A stretch of DNA of 53,202 nucleotides from Octopus bimaculoides (taxonomy: Eukaryota): positions 17,921,680-17,974,881 of the forward strand of contig NC_068999.1 in the NCBI RefSeq assembly GCF_001194135.2, in the 5' to 3' direction. The notes under the pieces are model-generated. The model had not been told where the DNA came from and ran no database searches. It was given only the letters and a program-made list of their open reading frames with translations. Below, in pieces: positions 12,048 through 25,454 of this stretch (its first letter is position 1; every line of letters begins with the position of its first letter). Made by a program: the position numbers and the translations under genes.

Positions 12048-13147
12048 TCAGACTGGTGTAACAGTAATGTCTGATTTAAAGATCTAAAGTAAAAAGGAAT
12101 AATCCAATGTCTATGGAAATATTCATTCATTAACATACTCTCCATTTCTGTCGATGACTTCATTCCATCTTTCAAAAGCCTCGCTTGTAAAATTCTGTAG
12201 GTTTAGAAGTAAAATATGAAGCCATTTCATTTTAAATCTCTTATTTTGTTGTTAACCTAAGCCCATCAAAATGGTTCTGTAGTCCTCGGGACAAACGGTA
12301 ATCAGAAGAGGCAAGGTCAGGAGAATGTGGAGGATGAGGCAGTATTTCGCAACCAAGTTCTTCCAAGAGAGTTTTGGTCAGCCGAGCTGTGCTCTAAGAG
12401 TCAATATCCCATCATACGCTCAACATGATCTTCCTTGGATGAAGTTCTGCTCTCGCTAGTTGAACTGGCCGTCCTCCTCGACTGATCCAAGAGCGGCGGC
12501 GTATAACAGTATGGTAAAGAATCCACTTCTCATCAGCTGTAACGAGCCTGTGTGAAAATGTTGCTTGAAAGTGTCGCGGAAGCAATGATTGAAAACAAGC
12601 AGCACGCTGTTGTCGATTCTCTGGAGACAGCTCGTGAGGGACCCATTTTCCAGCTACTTAAACCTTTCCAATGTATTTTAGCTGGCTACCACGGTTGGAT
12701 GGGCCATGTTTAACTATTCTGCAAATTCCATATTGGTAACAGTAGGGTTCTTTGAAACAAGAGCTTCCAATATTTCGGTATCAAGTTTTTTGGACGACCC
12801 TTTTTGGCTCTTCTTTGAAAGTGAAATCACCATTTCGGAAACGGGAAAGCCACCTCCTGAAACTTCTTACATTCACTACATCATCTCCATAAATGCTCTG
12901 AATAGAGCTTGCTTCCGCACTTGCATTAACACTTTTATGAAACTCGTAGAGTATAAAATTTGTGGACAAACATAGAGGTAAAATACTCTGAGAATTATGG
13001 CCAGAAGTTAGATAATTTGAAAGAAAATCGTACAAACTAGACACAGATAAGAGATATCTTGAAACTATAAGAAGAGGTTAAAAAATTGATACGTTTGGTC
13101 TGAAATTTTTTTTATACAAATCAGACGTTCCTTTTGCAGCAACATGA
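12048..13147 (-). mobile_element. Mariner (DD34D-type) transposon relic with both TIRs and an internal deletion
   Basis: Minus strand reads ILYEFHKSVNA..RRWLSRFRNGDF (HTH), GKWVPHEL, VTADEKW (first Asp), then HPPHSPDLASSDY (third-Asp motif). TIRs including the TA flanks (12046-12077, 13118-13149) match 24/32. Contains stops and frameshifts. Confidence 0.92.
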
Positions 13148-13410
13148 TATTTACTGACTCGAAATTTACAATCGAACTGAGAGGTCTTACAATATATATT
13201 CTTAACTATCTTTCGTCTCCTTTCTCTAATATTTCTCCACTTCATTCATGTGGACCTCTCTCTTTTTTCACTTCAAATATCATTTTCCACTCTACCTTCA
13301 TAATGTTTATCTTTCAACTATTTTCAAGCATGCACTCATACATGCATAGCTACATGCATACACATCGACACAAACGCACACACACACATACATGTATACA
13401 GCAATACACA

Positions 13411-13448
<38 letters not shown>

Positions 13449-14819
13449 NNNNNNNNNNNNNNNNNNNNNNNNNNNNNNNNNNNNNNNNNNNNNNNNNNNN
13501 NNNNNNNNNNNNNNNNNNNNNNNNNNNNNNNATATACATATATGTATATGTACATAGCACAATCACCTGTGGCTGCCAAAGTCAGTCATTAGAAAATATG
13601 TCACGCACGTATCCACTTGTCCTACACAAATCACGTATATATTACCATGTGTATCAGTAAAAATTTAATATTCTAATACTTCTGGTAATGTAAACGTATC
13701 TCCTTCTGTTCAAGTTAGTATCATTTTGTCAATAGTACAAATGAATAACCTGCTCATGGATTTCGCATATAAAAAGCTGAGCACTGGTATAATCAGAATA
13801 TAATTAGATGAATAGTCTGTGCCTTTAAATTAGAGATGCAAACTATCCTATATGTTCACACGTTATCTCGCTTTCCCCACTATCACTCATAAAGAGTAGA
13901 GATCAAATATAAATACAGTGATAGGCAATTGCACGGGATGTCTAACAGTGGAATCAAAACCATGGCACCGTGTTTGCGAAACGAAATCCACAACACTTCT
14001 TTCACAGTGCGTCCTTATCTATAATATCATATTTATAGAAAGAAATCCGGGAATCTGGTTGTTTTTCGTGTAGATTTAACGTTACTTTATATTTGAAGCC
14101 TCCTTTTAGTATTTACATATTTTTTAATGTATATAAATCCATATGAAAGAAAAACATAAATCAATAGTTGTACCTTGGTATGTAAAAGTCATTCAAACGT
14201 TCACAAATAATGAACTTCTGTTCAATAGTGTTCAGACATGTAATAGGAAGTTAAACATATTTAAACATTAAGATCACAAATTCCGAGCGATTTATATGGT
14301 GGTTCATGTTCTGTAATAAAAGAATTAGTCTTAAGTGTTAATATTATCACCTTAAATATTGCAGCATAATGTGAATAGTGAACCATTGACGCACAAATAC
14401 TGAGCTATGTATATGAACGTACACAAGCACATGCGAGAATACTCTTAAAAGCGTTTTAAGTATATCCATTATATTTGCTTGTCTCACTGTTATGATAAAA
14501 CTTGAAGCTTTGAAATTATTGAATGTATCCATGGCCACAGTTTATGAGATAAAGCTGATGAATGCAAATTCTACTTCTAAGAGATACTTCGAAAGCGATA
14601 TAACTATGGAGATTACGATATTTACAGTGATTCATTAAGATTCATTTTCAAGTTAAGAATGTATTCTGTTTCATTCAACATAAACAGATATTATAAGAAT
14701 TATGATTCAAAATACACAGATATGATAAGAAATATGATTCTAAATTTTAGTATAGGCAATTAGTTGCCCAATATATTACAATCAACGGAAAATTTCAGCG
14801 TATTAATCCCATCAAAAGT

Positions 14820-15560
14820 ACCTGATGATTTTGCTGCTACTAACTGTAGTTCTCTATTCTACATCTACCTCTAATTCTTTATTTCTTCACAAGTCTTTTA
14901 ATTTGTGCACCATTACACATGTTCTGGGTGATGTTTTCCATCCCTCAGTTCCACATGAAGACTTTCTTATTCCCCTGGGAAATTTTTGTCTCACACTCAA
15001 GGCAACAAATACGTTTCTCTTCTCAAATGTCATAAGACGGGCAACTATTCTAAATTATATAAAACCCGCTAGATGTTTTACACTTTCTCCAATGTATATG
15101 TATGACGACCCAGCTTGTATACCAAACACAGCACTTTTCTAAAAAAATATCAACTACCTCTCCGATGAACAAAGATATGAAGACATAGTTTGTCGATTCC
15201 TAAGGTGATACGACACTTTCATTTAAGCTTCACTCCAACAATGGCGTCAGTGCATGTGTTGTTGACATCTACCTCATCTTTCACCTTATTCACGTTAATA
15301 TCAGCAAGAGACACATTAACATGTTTTATAACTCTGACTATGATTATGTTTCTGGTTTTAATTTTCAATGTTTAAACCCAATAACAATTTTTCGGTTATA
15401 TCAATCTCTCACTTTTCAAACTGTAATCAGCATTCGTGGATGCATGCCAAAACGATATCTGCCAGCTTTACGGAAACCTTCATTCTTCCCCCACTCTAAA
15501 ATACGTATTCAGCAATCGGCTCTCTGCTAAGAATGCATCTACATTTGCTACCCACTGTGT
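14820..15560 (-). mobile_element. Possible highly decayed RTE-clade LINE 3' fragment
   Basis: Minus-strand VSLADINVNKVKDEVDVNNTCTDAIVGVKLK and KVFMWN resemble the RTE C-terminal domain; many stops, weak similarity. Confidence 0.4.
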
Positions 15561-15717
15561 CCCGCACGGCATCATATACCTGCTAAATATATTTAGGAAA
15601 TTATTCTTTCCAAATACACAATGAACTCTATAAATATCATATAAAAACTAAGAGATAGAAAAGGACATCGTTCTTGACAAATTCGCTTTCTTTACCCACA
15701 TATATCTTTCGATATAT

Positions 15718-15746
15718 GTGGGTTAGGGTTAGGGTTAGGGTTAGGG
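15718..15746 (+). repeat. Interstitial telomere-like repeat (TTAGGG)4
   Basis: gtgggttagggttagggttagggttaggg, five GGG tracts. Confidence 0.95.
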
Positions 15747-15768
15747 TTCGATATATCTCTCTCTGCAA

Positions 15769-15821
<53 letters not shown>

Positions 15822-18209
15822 AACATGATACGTAATCCTAACAAGTCACCAAGTAATACCATTTTATTTTAAAAACATTTACAGGATCTTATCGTTTTCC
15901 TTTCTTTAGCTATTCTCCACAGTAATGATATTCGTAAAACTAAATCCACTGATTTAGTTTCCTATGACACTGACTGTTAGATTGTCACCATCATGAATAT
16001 TGCTGGAAACAGTGAATTTGAATTGAACAGCTTCTAAGTATGAAACTTGCTCTGGAACACAACCGAGTGATATCAACATCACGTATCTCGTGAAGGTGGA
16101 TATGTATAAAACCATATATATGCAGCATGTACTGATAGAGCTTCAATGAAACGCAATCTGTGAAATATGGTGCCTTTTGGACCCGTCTTTTTCAACCATC
16201 CCACTTAAAAATATTTCAAATCATGCTTACACCTAACTCATACGCTACGTCCCTCGTTTAAATTCGAAAACGTCATTAACAAATTTACCTGAATACATCA
16301 TGCCAAAATTGTTCTCTCTTCTGTAGTTCCCGGAATAAAAACTTGAGCAGCTTCCAAGATGGATTCATGCCAACTTTGTTTCCTACAACAAAATTAAAGC
16401 GTAATCATTGCGCATAAAAAAGAAGGTTAAATACGGTAGAAGTGCCTTCAAGAAGTTTCAAATTCTAGGCCTCTTTTGCACTGAAGATCACTCTTTGAAC
16501 TGATATTCAAAGTATAAAATATTGCTTCACGTAGTTTGATATTCATTTACACGGTTAAATATTTTTAATTCACCATAAGATTAAAGTTTTCTACAATTTT
16601 CAAATGCAGCACTCAATTTTATTTCTGTATAATGATAACATCCACTGCCATGAATTCACTCACCTGAATTCACCAATCTCCTCCTTTCACAATGATTTAT
16701 CCTCATTCGCCATAATATATTGTCTTAAAAGAATGATATTTTTATCATTTCTATTACTTTAGTACAGACCCGCCTGCTATTGGAGATTGCTTTGATTGAG
16801 TACACTCACTTTAGCCGTTACCTACTTTTTGTGTACACCACACCGGCAAACATCTAATCCAAGCTTTTCGTCCCTATACAATGAGATCATTAGCATTACC
16901 TATGGACATATATTTCCCTCAACCGTCCATTTACAATTGTACAATTGGTTGAATATTCGATTGGTTGTTAATATATGTAGAAGGATGCGAACTTCATCCG
17001 ATTTAGCCAAATGAAAAAGATATAAACGTTAGATTATTGACTCTTGACAGAAATCAACATAATCCCTGCTACGAACATTTCTCTGCATTAATATTTGCCG
17101 GCGCCGACCACCACTACTTCTTTCCGAATCTAGATTTGTTTCCATATTTATTAATGTGTGTTTCATTTGACATGAAGAAGATTGCAGAAAAAATATAAAA
17201 TGAATGCAAATGAAAATTTTCAAGATTCATGAGAAATATTTAAGGGAATTACTAGCTGAATTAAAGCGAAATATCTTTAATTGGGAATTGAAAACACGTC
17301 GCAGCATCTGTTTGTTGACTACGACTGATATATATTCCACATGGCATGCATTGAAAAACTTTTCTATCAGCCTATAGACAAAACTGACTACGTCTCAATT
17401 ATGAAAAAGTGGACAGCAATGCAAAAAATAAATATATAACTATATTATCTGAAGAGTTAAACAAGTGAAGATGTAATAATCCAATGAAAGAAATAAACAC
17501 AAAAAGGAAATAACTAATAATCAAGATGACACGTAGAAATATTTATAAGTGCCGCATTTAATTTAGCCTCAGAAAACAGAAATCTATTGAAAGAAAAGAA
17601 AAACGAAGGAAAAAGTATTGACAAACGAGGGATAGAAAAGGAAAAAAATAAATTAACATACAAGAAAATACATAAATATGCATGTATGTTTTAATGTAAT
17701 TCTATCAATAATTAAAAAAAGAAATATATTAATGTATAAATAAGTTCTATATTGAAACTTAGAGAAGCAGAAAACAAACGAAACCAAAAATAATGTAGAG
17801 AAGGAGATAAACAAAATTATATAGGATATTAAAATCTAATTAATTATTTCAGCAATTCCCATCATACATGTCTTAGCAAAGATATCACGTAGCTCTCAGT
17901 AAATGGCAGGCCATTGTCATTCGATGGATGTATAGTGCCATCAATGTATAATTTCTAAAGACAGGGAAAGTGAAAGAGAGAAATAGCATGAATGGGCATT
18001 GCAAGCGTTATCGCTTTTCTAAAAGCTAAACATAATCTGTACATTATGCGAAGAATATGAATGCCATGCATTGAAAAGCATCAGATTATCTCATTCACAC
18101 TACATTTGAGTTATTCTACTATTACAACTGCTGAAACTAATAAAAATCGAAAATATATATAAGTAAATGAATGAATAAATAAATAAGAATAGGAATAAAA
18201 ACAGCAACA

Positions 18210-18288
18210 TGACAATAATAATAATATAAACAACAACAACAACAACAAAAACAACAACAACAGCAACAACAGCAACAACAACAACAAC

Positions 18289-18331
<43 letters not shown>

Positions 18332-18381
18332 GCGATGACGATGACAACGACGACGACGACGACGATGATGATGATGATGAA
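18210..18381. repeat. Compound trinucleotide array (AAT)(AAC/AGC)(AAT)(GAC)(GAT)
   Basis: Read directly from the sequence. Confidence 0.95.
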
Positions 18382-21300
18382 AATTTCTTTTGCTGGCCTA
18401 AAGGGCCAGGACGGTGAGGACATTATTCAAGCGTAGTACAAAGAAAAGCAGAAAACAGAAAACTGATATATTTACAAGTAATAAATAGATAATGATAATA
18501 GATATCAGTTACAATATAGAAAGATATATTAAAAAACAAGAAAACTACACCAGCAGTGGTTCATTCGGAGTACACACACACACGTAGTGAAGATGAAACT
18601 GTCACATCATATTAAAGTGTCTTGTAGTTCCTGCCGCATCGAGGGAAGTAGATTCTCGGTGTGTTTTGGTAGATAAAACACTTCACGGTGTAACACTATA
18701 TATCAAAATTTCCCAGCGATATCGTTAACATGCGGATAACTTGGACTAGATCGATTGTTCGTAGCCTCAAAATGAACGTCACAGGTTAAGGTAAATTATC
18801 ACGTATATCGTCAGACATGATATTATATCGTCGGCGCCACCACTGCTAGAGCTGTTGCCGTTGAATTACATGATGGTGATGATGAGAGGGAGGATGGAAA
18901 TAATTCCTAAATGATAGACATGGCTACAAGTTCGTGGTAGTGTTAAGCCGAGCAAATTCAGCACATACTGCTCGAGCAGCCCCGGTCATTTCAATGGCAA
19001 AACGCAATGAGTCTAGTCTCATGAGTGCGTACAATACATTGCTCGAGGTATTTGTTGCTTTATCCTGTGCCTTGATTTTGTGTTCAAATATCGCCGAGGG
19101 GAAATGTTCGCTTCATCATTTAGGAAGACGATACAGCGTATCAATCAAGGTTGATTGCTTGAAAGAACTGTGAGAACATTAAGCTAGATGCTTGAGTTAT
19201 TTCTTCTAGTGGGTTTGGTCTTGAGTTTAAATCCTGGCAAGGCTTAATTGCATTTTATGGCATTCCTCACTCGCCCTAGTATCAGAAAGTAGCAAATTAC
19301 TTGTATTCAAGCAGACTACAATCTTTTACATTTCTTAAGTTTTCCTTTCGAGCCGTCTCAGTAAACGTCCAAGACTATCGCTTTCCCTCAGTTCGTAGCT
19401 TGGAAAAATAATCAGGGTAATCAGAGCGTCGGACAAAATACCTCTAGGTATTTTCAACGACATTATTTTGGGTTGAAATTCTAGCGGAGTTAATTTTGGT
19501 TTTCTTATTTTTCATGTAGAAACTGTTAAATATCCGTTAAATAATGGGGTCAATATATTTTGCTAAAGCCTTCCTTTAAATTTCTAGTCACGTGCAAACT
19601 TTAAAATAACTTTTTAACACCTTACTGTTATAATTCCTTTTTATAATTAATAAGAGTATTATTGATACAAATATTAATAATAAAATTTGTATTCTTATCA
19701 CTGAGAAGCTCGCGTTTCCGACTGAACCGGAAGCCATTCTTCGGTATTTGATCCATTGTTTATGTCTATTGTGCAAATTTGTTCTTGTGATTCACTTTGT
19801 CTTCAAATTTCCGCAAATAATAATCATTATTCCATTCGCAAGAAGATCAAAAATAGATGATGCAACGTGATGTAAGTTCTTAGAAGTAATAAACCCATTT
19901 CTCAAAGTGCACAATATTAAGTACTGTAGTTCATAGTCGGATGTTATTAACGTGATACTTATGAAGAAATAGGTGCTGTGAACTTCTAATTATTTACACT
20001 GAATTGAGGAAAATCGAATAGGCCATAATCTGGTTACAGGGAAATTAACGCATCAGTCTAGCCGGGTAAAGATTTCAGAGATCGGTTTAGTGTACTAGTT
20101 GAGCAGAGAGTCGTGAGAGCTATCACTTTGCCCGTATGATGAGCGAAATCTGCAGCATAAACAACGAATAAGAGTTCCAACCAAGGAAAGTAATAACACA
20201 TTTGTAGTAATTATCTAATGGCATATGGAGTCGCTTGAGATAAGCCAAATCAAATAAGAGCAGAGATGAACAAGAAATATTATCACTGCGCAACTTGAAG
20301 TATTAATTCAATAACTTCTACTATCAATACAAGTGGCCAACTGAAGCGAAAATTGGAAAATGGAAGAGATATTTTAACGTGTTGCACGAAACCAACACTG
20401 TATTTTAAAGAGCAGATATCCACATTCATTTGCAGTGCTGACGATAAAGTTTATGACACCAAAATTGGAATAACTATGTGGAGATTAGAAAATGAAAGAC
20501 GCTATTAAAATGAAAAGGGTAGTATTAAGGAGAAGTAGGATGTATGAATTTCTTCTTTGGAAGAGGTGTTTTCACCCGTAGTGCCGGAATTACTCTGTTT
20601 ACAGGGGGAATATGCGAAGATTAATGGGGCTGCTAAAAAAAGCAGAAGAGTACTGTGATTAATGGAGAAGAGACACTGGAGAAGCGTTTTGCACTCTAAA
20701 ATGATTAAAAAAAACATACAGTCATTCATATAATGGCCCATTAATGCATAACGGGACACTGTCCAAATAAATATAGAGATTTTGTCGTTCAACTAACGGA
20801 GAAAATCTATAAGTCTGAAGTTGAAAAGTACAGGTACCGGATTAAAGTGTTTGAAGCGTAAATTGATTTGAATCAGAGATGAAATTGCTCCTCTCTTTTT
20901 ATTCATGGCAAGAAGCTATTTATATCTTCATTTCTGCTTCAGATGGCCACAACTGTGATAACAGGAATACAATGCGGGCACAATAAGGATAGATACTTAC
21001 TCCCAGGTAGTAACATAAATGATTTCTTCCAAATTAATTTTGCTTTTAAAATATTTCTTTGAAAGATTGTTTCTGGGTCTATAGCGTAGCTTTGCGGATA
21101 AATGTTTTTATTTAGGTACTAAATATTTAACGCGCTTTCCGGGCTTGATTTGTTGGTTGTTGTAGTTTCTTTATTGTTGCACCTGTACATGTTTATATTA
21201 CTGTGGCCAATAGAGAATTATTAGTAGCAATATTCCAATTATTATCTGAAAAATGACACTGCTGTACAGTGAGATACTATTTAAGAAGATTATAAAATAA

Positions 21301-21487
21301 AGACTACAGAAATGTAAAAAAAAAACCCAAAAAACCAAGAAGCCGTAACCAAGACTCGTGTTTTATTAACTAATTTAATCCAATGATACACCATAGAAGA
21401 ATGGAAGCGTACAAATTCCACATCCGTACACTCGCAGTCACATGAGCACTATTAGACAAAATGATTTATGAAAGTACGTTTGTCCGT

Positions 21488-21587
21488 CTGTCTCTCTCTG
21501 TCTTTCTCTCTCTCTCTTTATTTCTCCCTCTGTCTTTCTCTCTCGCCACCTCTCTCTCCACCTCTCTCTCTCCACCTCTCTCTCTCC

Positions 21588-21631
<44 letters not shown>
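21488..21631. repeat. (CT)n with higher-order ccacctctctct units
   Basis: Read directly from the sequence. Confidence 0.95.
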
Positions 21632-21632
<1 letters not shown>

Positions 21633-21809
21633 AAGTCATATATATATATATTTTTTTTTACTATGATTTAAGTTCAAGTCGGTTACTAACAAAGCAACAA
21701 AACCTTTTGAGTTAACAGAGCTCCCAGCGTTTCTAAGTATGTAATTGAGTTGGTGCGTTGGTTGAATTGCCGATACATACAACCTAGAGTATGCATCTAT
21801 TTACATAAG

Positions 21810-23080
21810 AATCGTATATGGAGAACTTTTGGAAAGTCTTACATTTCTTAGACCGTGAAACCGAATATTTCTAAGCTTTTGTGCAAATTTGTTTTGGCGC
21901 ATAACCTAATACAACCATGATGACAAGAACAAAAGAGGATCCATAGTCAGGGTACAATATCTGTAACTTCCGCATTAATTCTCCACAAGGATTTGTTTGT
22001 TTTCCTGGTCACTTTGACTACATTCACAACTTCTGGGTAGCTAACATCAACATCAATGCAAAATATTATTTCATTATCCCATAGAACAATATCAGGTTGT
22101 TTATGTTTGCACCGTGCTGATATTTTCCTTTGAGGCATTCCACGAATATTCCTTGTTTTCAAAAATGTGAGTACCTGCTGGTTCTGACATGCATTTGATG
22201 TGTACGCCAGGGCAGTCATTCTTGTAGACAGCATTGTAAATATTATTTACATATATACTATGCCTCAGGGGCATGTATGTATGTATGTATGTATGTATGT
22301 ATGTCTCTTCTATTTTTAAATCATAAATTTTCCACTGAGGAGGGAGCCGGTTTCAAACAAATATACTAGGCTCCATCTTTGAGATGTAGTTAAGACAGAC
22401 AATTTTTCCATTTGGAACTTGATAAAAGTTCCATATTTTTACTGCTCCACTCAGAGATTGCATTTGTGATGTACGAATTAGCCGGTTGATTTCTCTTTCT
22501 GATTTCTCTTTCATTTTATCCAGTAAATTCTTTAAGAATTTACTAACGAATCCTAGAGTTCCAATTATTATTGGTATGAATATGAATTCGTAATCTGGAT
22601 AAAGATGCGGGATGTTTCGAAGCAGTTCTCCATAGATATCCCAAATTTTGGGATCTGCACTGGTACTTCGAATGCATTGTGGGATATTGTTTTGTTGTAA
22701 CAGGAGAATTCCGAATGCATTATCTTCCTAAGTCTGGTATAATATTCTCGGGTCATTGCATCTTTATTCACAGTGCCCTCATATGTTACGTTTGTATCTA
22801 TGCCTAGGTACTTGAAACTTTCTATTTTTCGTGGAATGGGGGAGAAATAGAGACCTTTAATGTACAGGTTTTGGATTTGTGGGACTGACTTTGCTCGTCC
22901 TATAAACAAACATGACAAAAGTTCATGCCTTTATCAGCTGAAAATGTTATTAATTTCAGTTGTTTTTTGGCATAGTTAACACTTTTAACATAAATCCTCA
23001 AGTCGTCTACAAAGAAATTAAGAGTTGCATTGATATTTGTAGCAGTTTATGAACCTAGCATGTACTAATTCGTTTTCTGG
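21810..23080 (-). mobile_element. R4/Dong-like non-LTR retrotransposon relic (RT, thumb, restriction-like endonuclease) with internal deletion/insertion
   Basis: Minus strand: FFVDDL (RT), FKYLGID..EYYTRLRKI..YNKTISHN (thumb), KQPDIVLWD..IDVDVSYP (RLE PD..D motif) and a C-terminal KTFQKF. Confidence 0.85.
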
Positions 23081-24240
23081 AACTGAACCACAAAAGAAAC
23101 GTTGCACACATTCTAAATAGAAACCAGATTATTAACAGACTGTCATAGCATTAATTGAAGAGTGCTAAATAACAAACGCTTCTTTCCTAATGATAAAACG
23201 TAATTTCTTCAAACATGTTTGACGTCACATGATGTTACGTGCCAGGCATCTTCTATACATTGAAAACATCAAACGATTGATGAAGGCCATGGAGTTAGCA
23301 GCCCACTATCTGTTAAAACTTGCAATGAGTTGTGCCGCAGTTGTTGGCCTTGGACAGATGTCATTCAGCCTTGTTTTGATTTTTATTAGGTTTAGGTCAT
23401 ATCTTAGAGCAGGCAGTGACAGAGTCAGATGTGCTGTTGCAGGAAGTGTGTTGTCAACCTGGAAGCATGGTCACTGGCGTTATCGAATTGGAACACGTGA
23501 TTCTGATGACGGGCAAACTATGAGACAATGTGAGGCGGCAAAACCTGATTAATATAGTGATCAGCTGTTACTCGACTGACCCGGTCTTGGTCGATGTTTT
23601 AGAAGACCACTGGCTTCACATTGAGTGCAATCCCGCCACACAACCATCGGCATGACGTTTACACTTACACCAAATCCATCTTCCACAGAAATGCAATATC
23701 GACTTTCACCAGAGACAAGTACAACCCTCCACTATTGAAATCGCTAGGTCTGACAACTTCTAGCCAACTGCACATGTGCCCATCGATTACGATCTGTGAG
23801 GATGGTTCCCCTAGCCGGACGTCGACAAGACAGATTGAAAGATCTCTGCCAAGGGCGAATTGTCTCAGCACAATGAGTCTGTGGGTAGTCCTTATGGTCT
23901 GCCTAGCTGATTCTGCTGTCCTCTAGAATCGGTCCTGCAACTATTGTCGGTGCAGGTGGCGATCTTCACGTGCCGTTGTGACGTTCGATTGGCCATTGCG
24001 TGGACGATTATCCGTACTCTTTGTGGTAGTGTATCGTACTCTCAGCCGCTCAATTGTCCGAATACCCGCATGAGGGCGTCCGATGGCTTTCTCCATCTGC
24101 TTTCGTGTCAGTTTTGGTATGCTTGCTGCGTTCAGGAAACGAATGACAGGCTGGTAAATTTGCGTGCCTTTCATACCTAATGAGTTAACGATTTGTTCAT
24201 GCATCATACTTTTCATAAAGATGCGTTGGCGAATATAAAT
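23081..24240 (-). mobile_element. Tc1-like (DD34E) transposon relic; transposase ~24120-23230
   Basis: IPKLTRKQMEKAIG..YTTTKSTDNRPRNG..TTAREDRHL (paired-like HTH), WRVVLVSGESRY (first-Asp region), FQFDNA (second Asp), degraded PDLNPIE-like motif; possible TIR remnant cacaaaagaaacgttgcacac near 23089. Confidence 0.85.
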
Positions 24241-24682
24241 ACAAAAAAAAAAAAAAAAAAACAATACGGATATGTAGAAATGACGAAAGTGTCAACACTG
24301 AGAAAACAAACTTATCTTGAAAAAAGAAAGGCACAAAAGATTATAAAAATATAGATAAAAGACAGATTCTTGCCACACCGTATAACTGTAGAATGTTGTG
24401 GTATTTCCTGCGTTACTATAAATTCTAGCATACCCAACTTTTTATCGTTAGATTAATTGTGATAAAGATAAGGTTGTTGGTTCTCGTGTTATATCAGGCT
24501 TATCTTTTCTAAATGCTTAAGCATTGTTTTAGATATACATTAAAACTGCCAGTAAGTTAGAGAATCATGGAGATGTCTTTATTATGTTGCGCATTTTCTT
24601 ATAGATTTGTACTTTTCTAACATTCCATACTTTATACTGAATTTCTTTTGTAGTGACGTAGTAGTTTCTGACGCTAAATTAA

Positions 24683-24765
24683 GTATACGAGTTAAGTACT
24701 GGAGACGATCTAACCGACTTGACCCACCCCCCACAATTCTAGGCCTTGTGCCTATACCAGAAAGG

Positions 24766-24860
<95 letters not shown>
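24683..24860 (+). mobile_element. SINE 3' fragment with long (AAT)n tail
   Basis: aaattaagta..gttaagtactggagacgatctaaccgac..ggccttgtgcct, then ~31 AAT units. Confidence 0.7.
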
Positions 24861-25106
24861 TGTCATCATCCTCGCAACACATGTCTGTGATTCTCCACCA
24901 TTATTTCTGCTCGTGACCACTGAAGCACATATCAACTGCCACTAAAAGACATGCTCAACTGGTTAAGGTCAAGCAACTGACAAGCAAATCTGTGTTACTG
25001 AGCAGAATATTTGCTGTAGCCCATCTTTTATACCATGACAAAAAGATGTACATTATACCACCTCGAATCAGTGAAGGACACAAGCTATGTGAGACACTGC
25101 CTGGTA

Positions 25107-25107
<1 letters not shown>

Positions 25108-25144
<37 letters not shown>

Positions 25145-25145
25145 G

Positions 25146-25211
<66 letters not shown>

Positions 25212-25212
25212 T
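25108..25212. repeat. (ATT)n followed by (CTA)n
   Basis: Read directly from the sequence. Confidence 0.95.
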
Positions 25213-25227
25213 TTTTTGAGTGAGAGA

Positions 25228-25330
25228 GCTGGTAGAGACCATAGCATGCCGGTCGAAATGTTTAGCCGTATTTCGTCTGTCTATACGTTCTGAGGTCAAT
25301 TTCCGCCGAGGTCGACATTTTCTTGCATCC
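25228..25330 (+). mobile_element. SINE 5' part, truncated by a LINE-derived segment
   Basis: gagctggtagagaccatagcatgccggtcgaaatg..tttcgtctgtctatacgttctgagg; homologous to 6908-7116. Confidence 0.75.
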
Positions 25331-25454
25331 ATTTCTTCACACTTAAGCTAATTGGTTTTCTTATGTCCTCTGCTATACTGAATATGCTCAGACATTCACT
25401 TATCTATGAGAGAGGGATCATGTCATATGATTTCGTAATATCAGCTGAATATCA

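Noticed and set aside
18934-19173. 79-aa ORF as a coding exon
   Set aside because: No recognisable domain or splice pair; length is within chance expectation.
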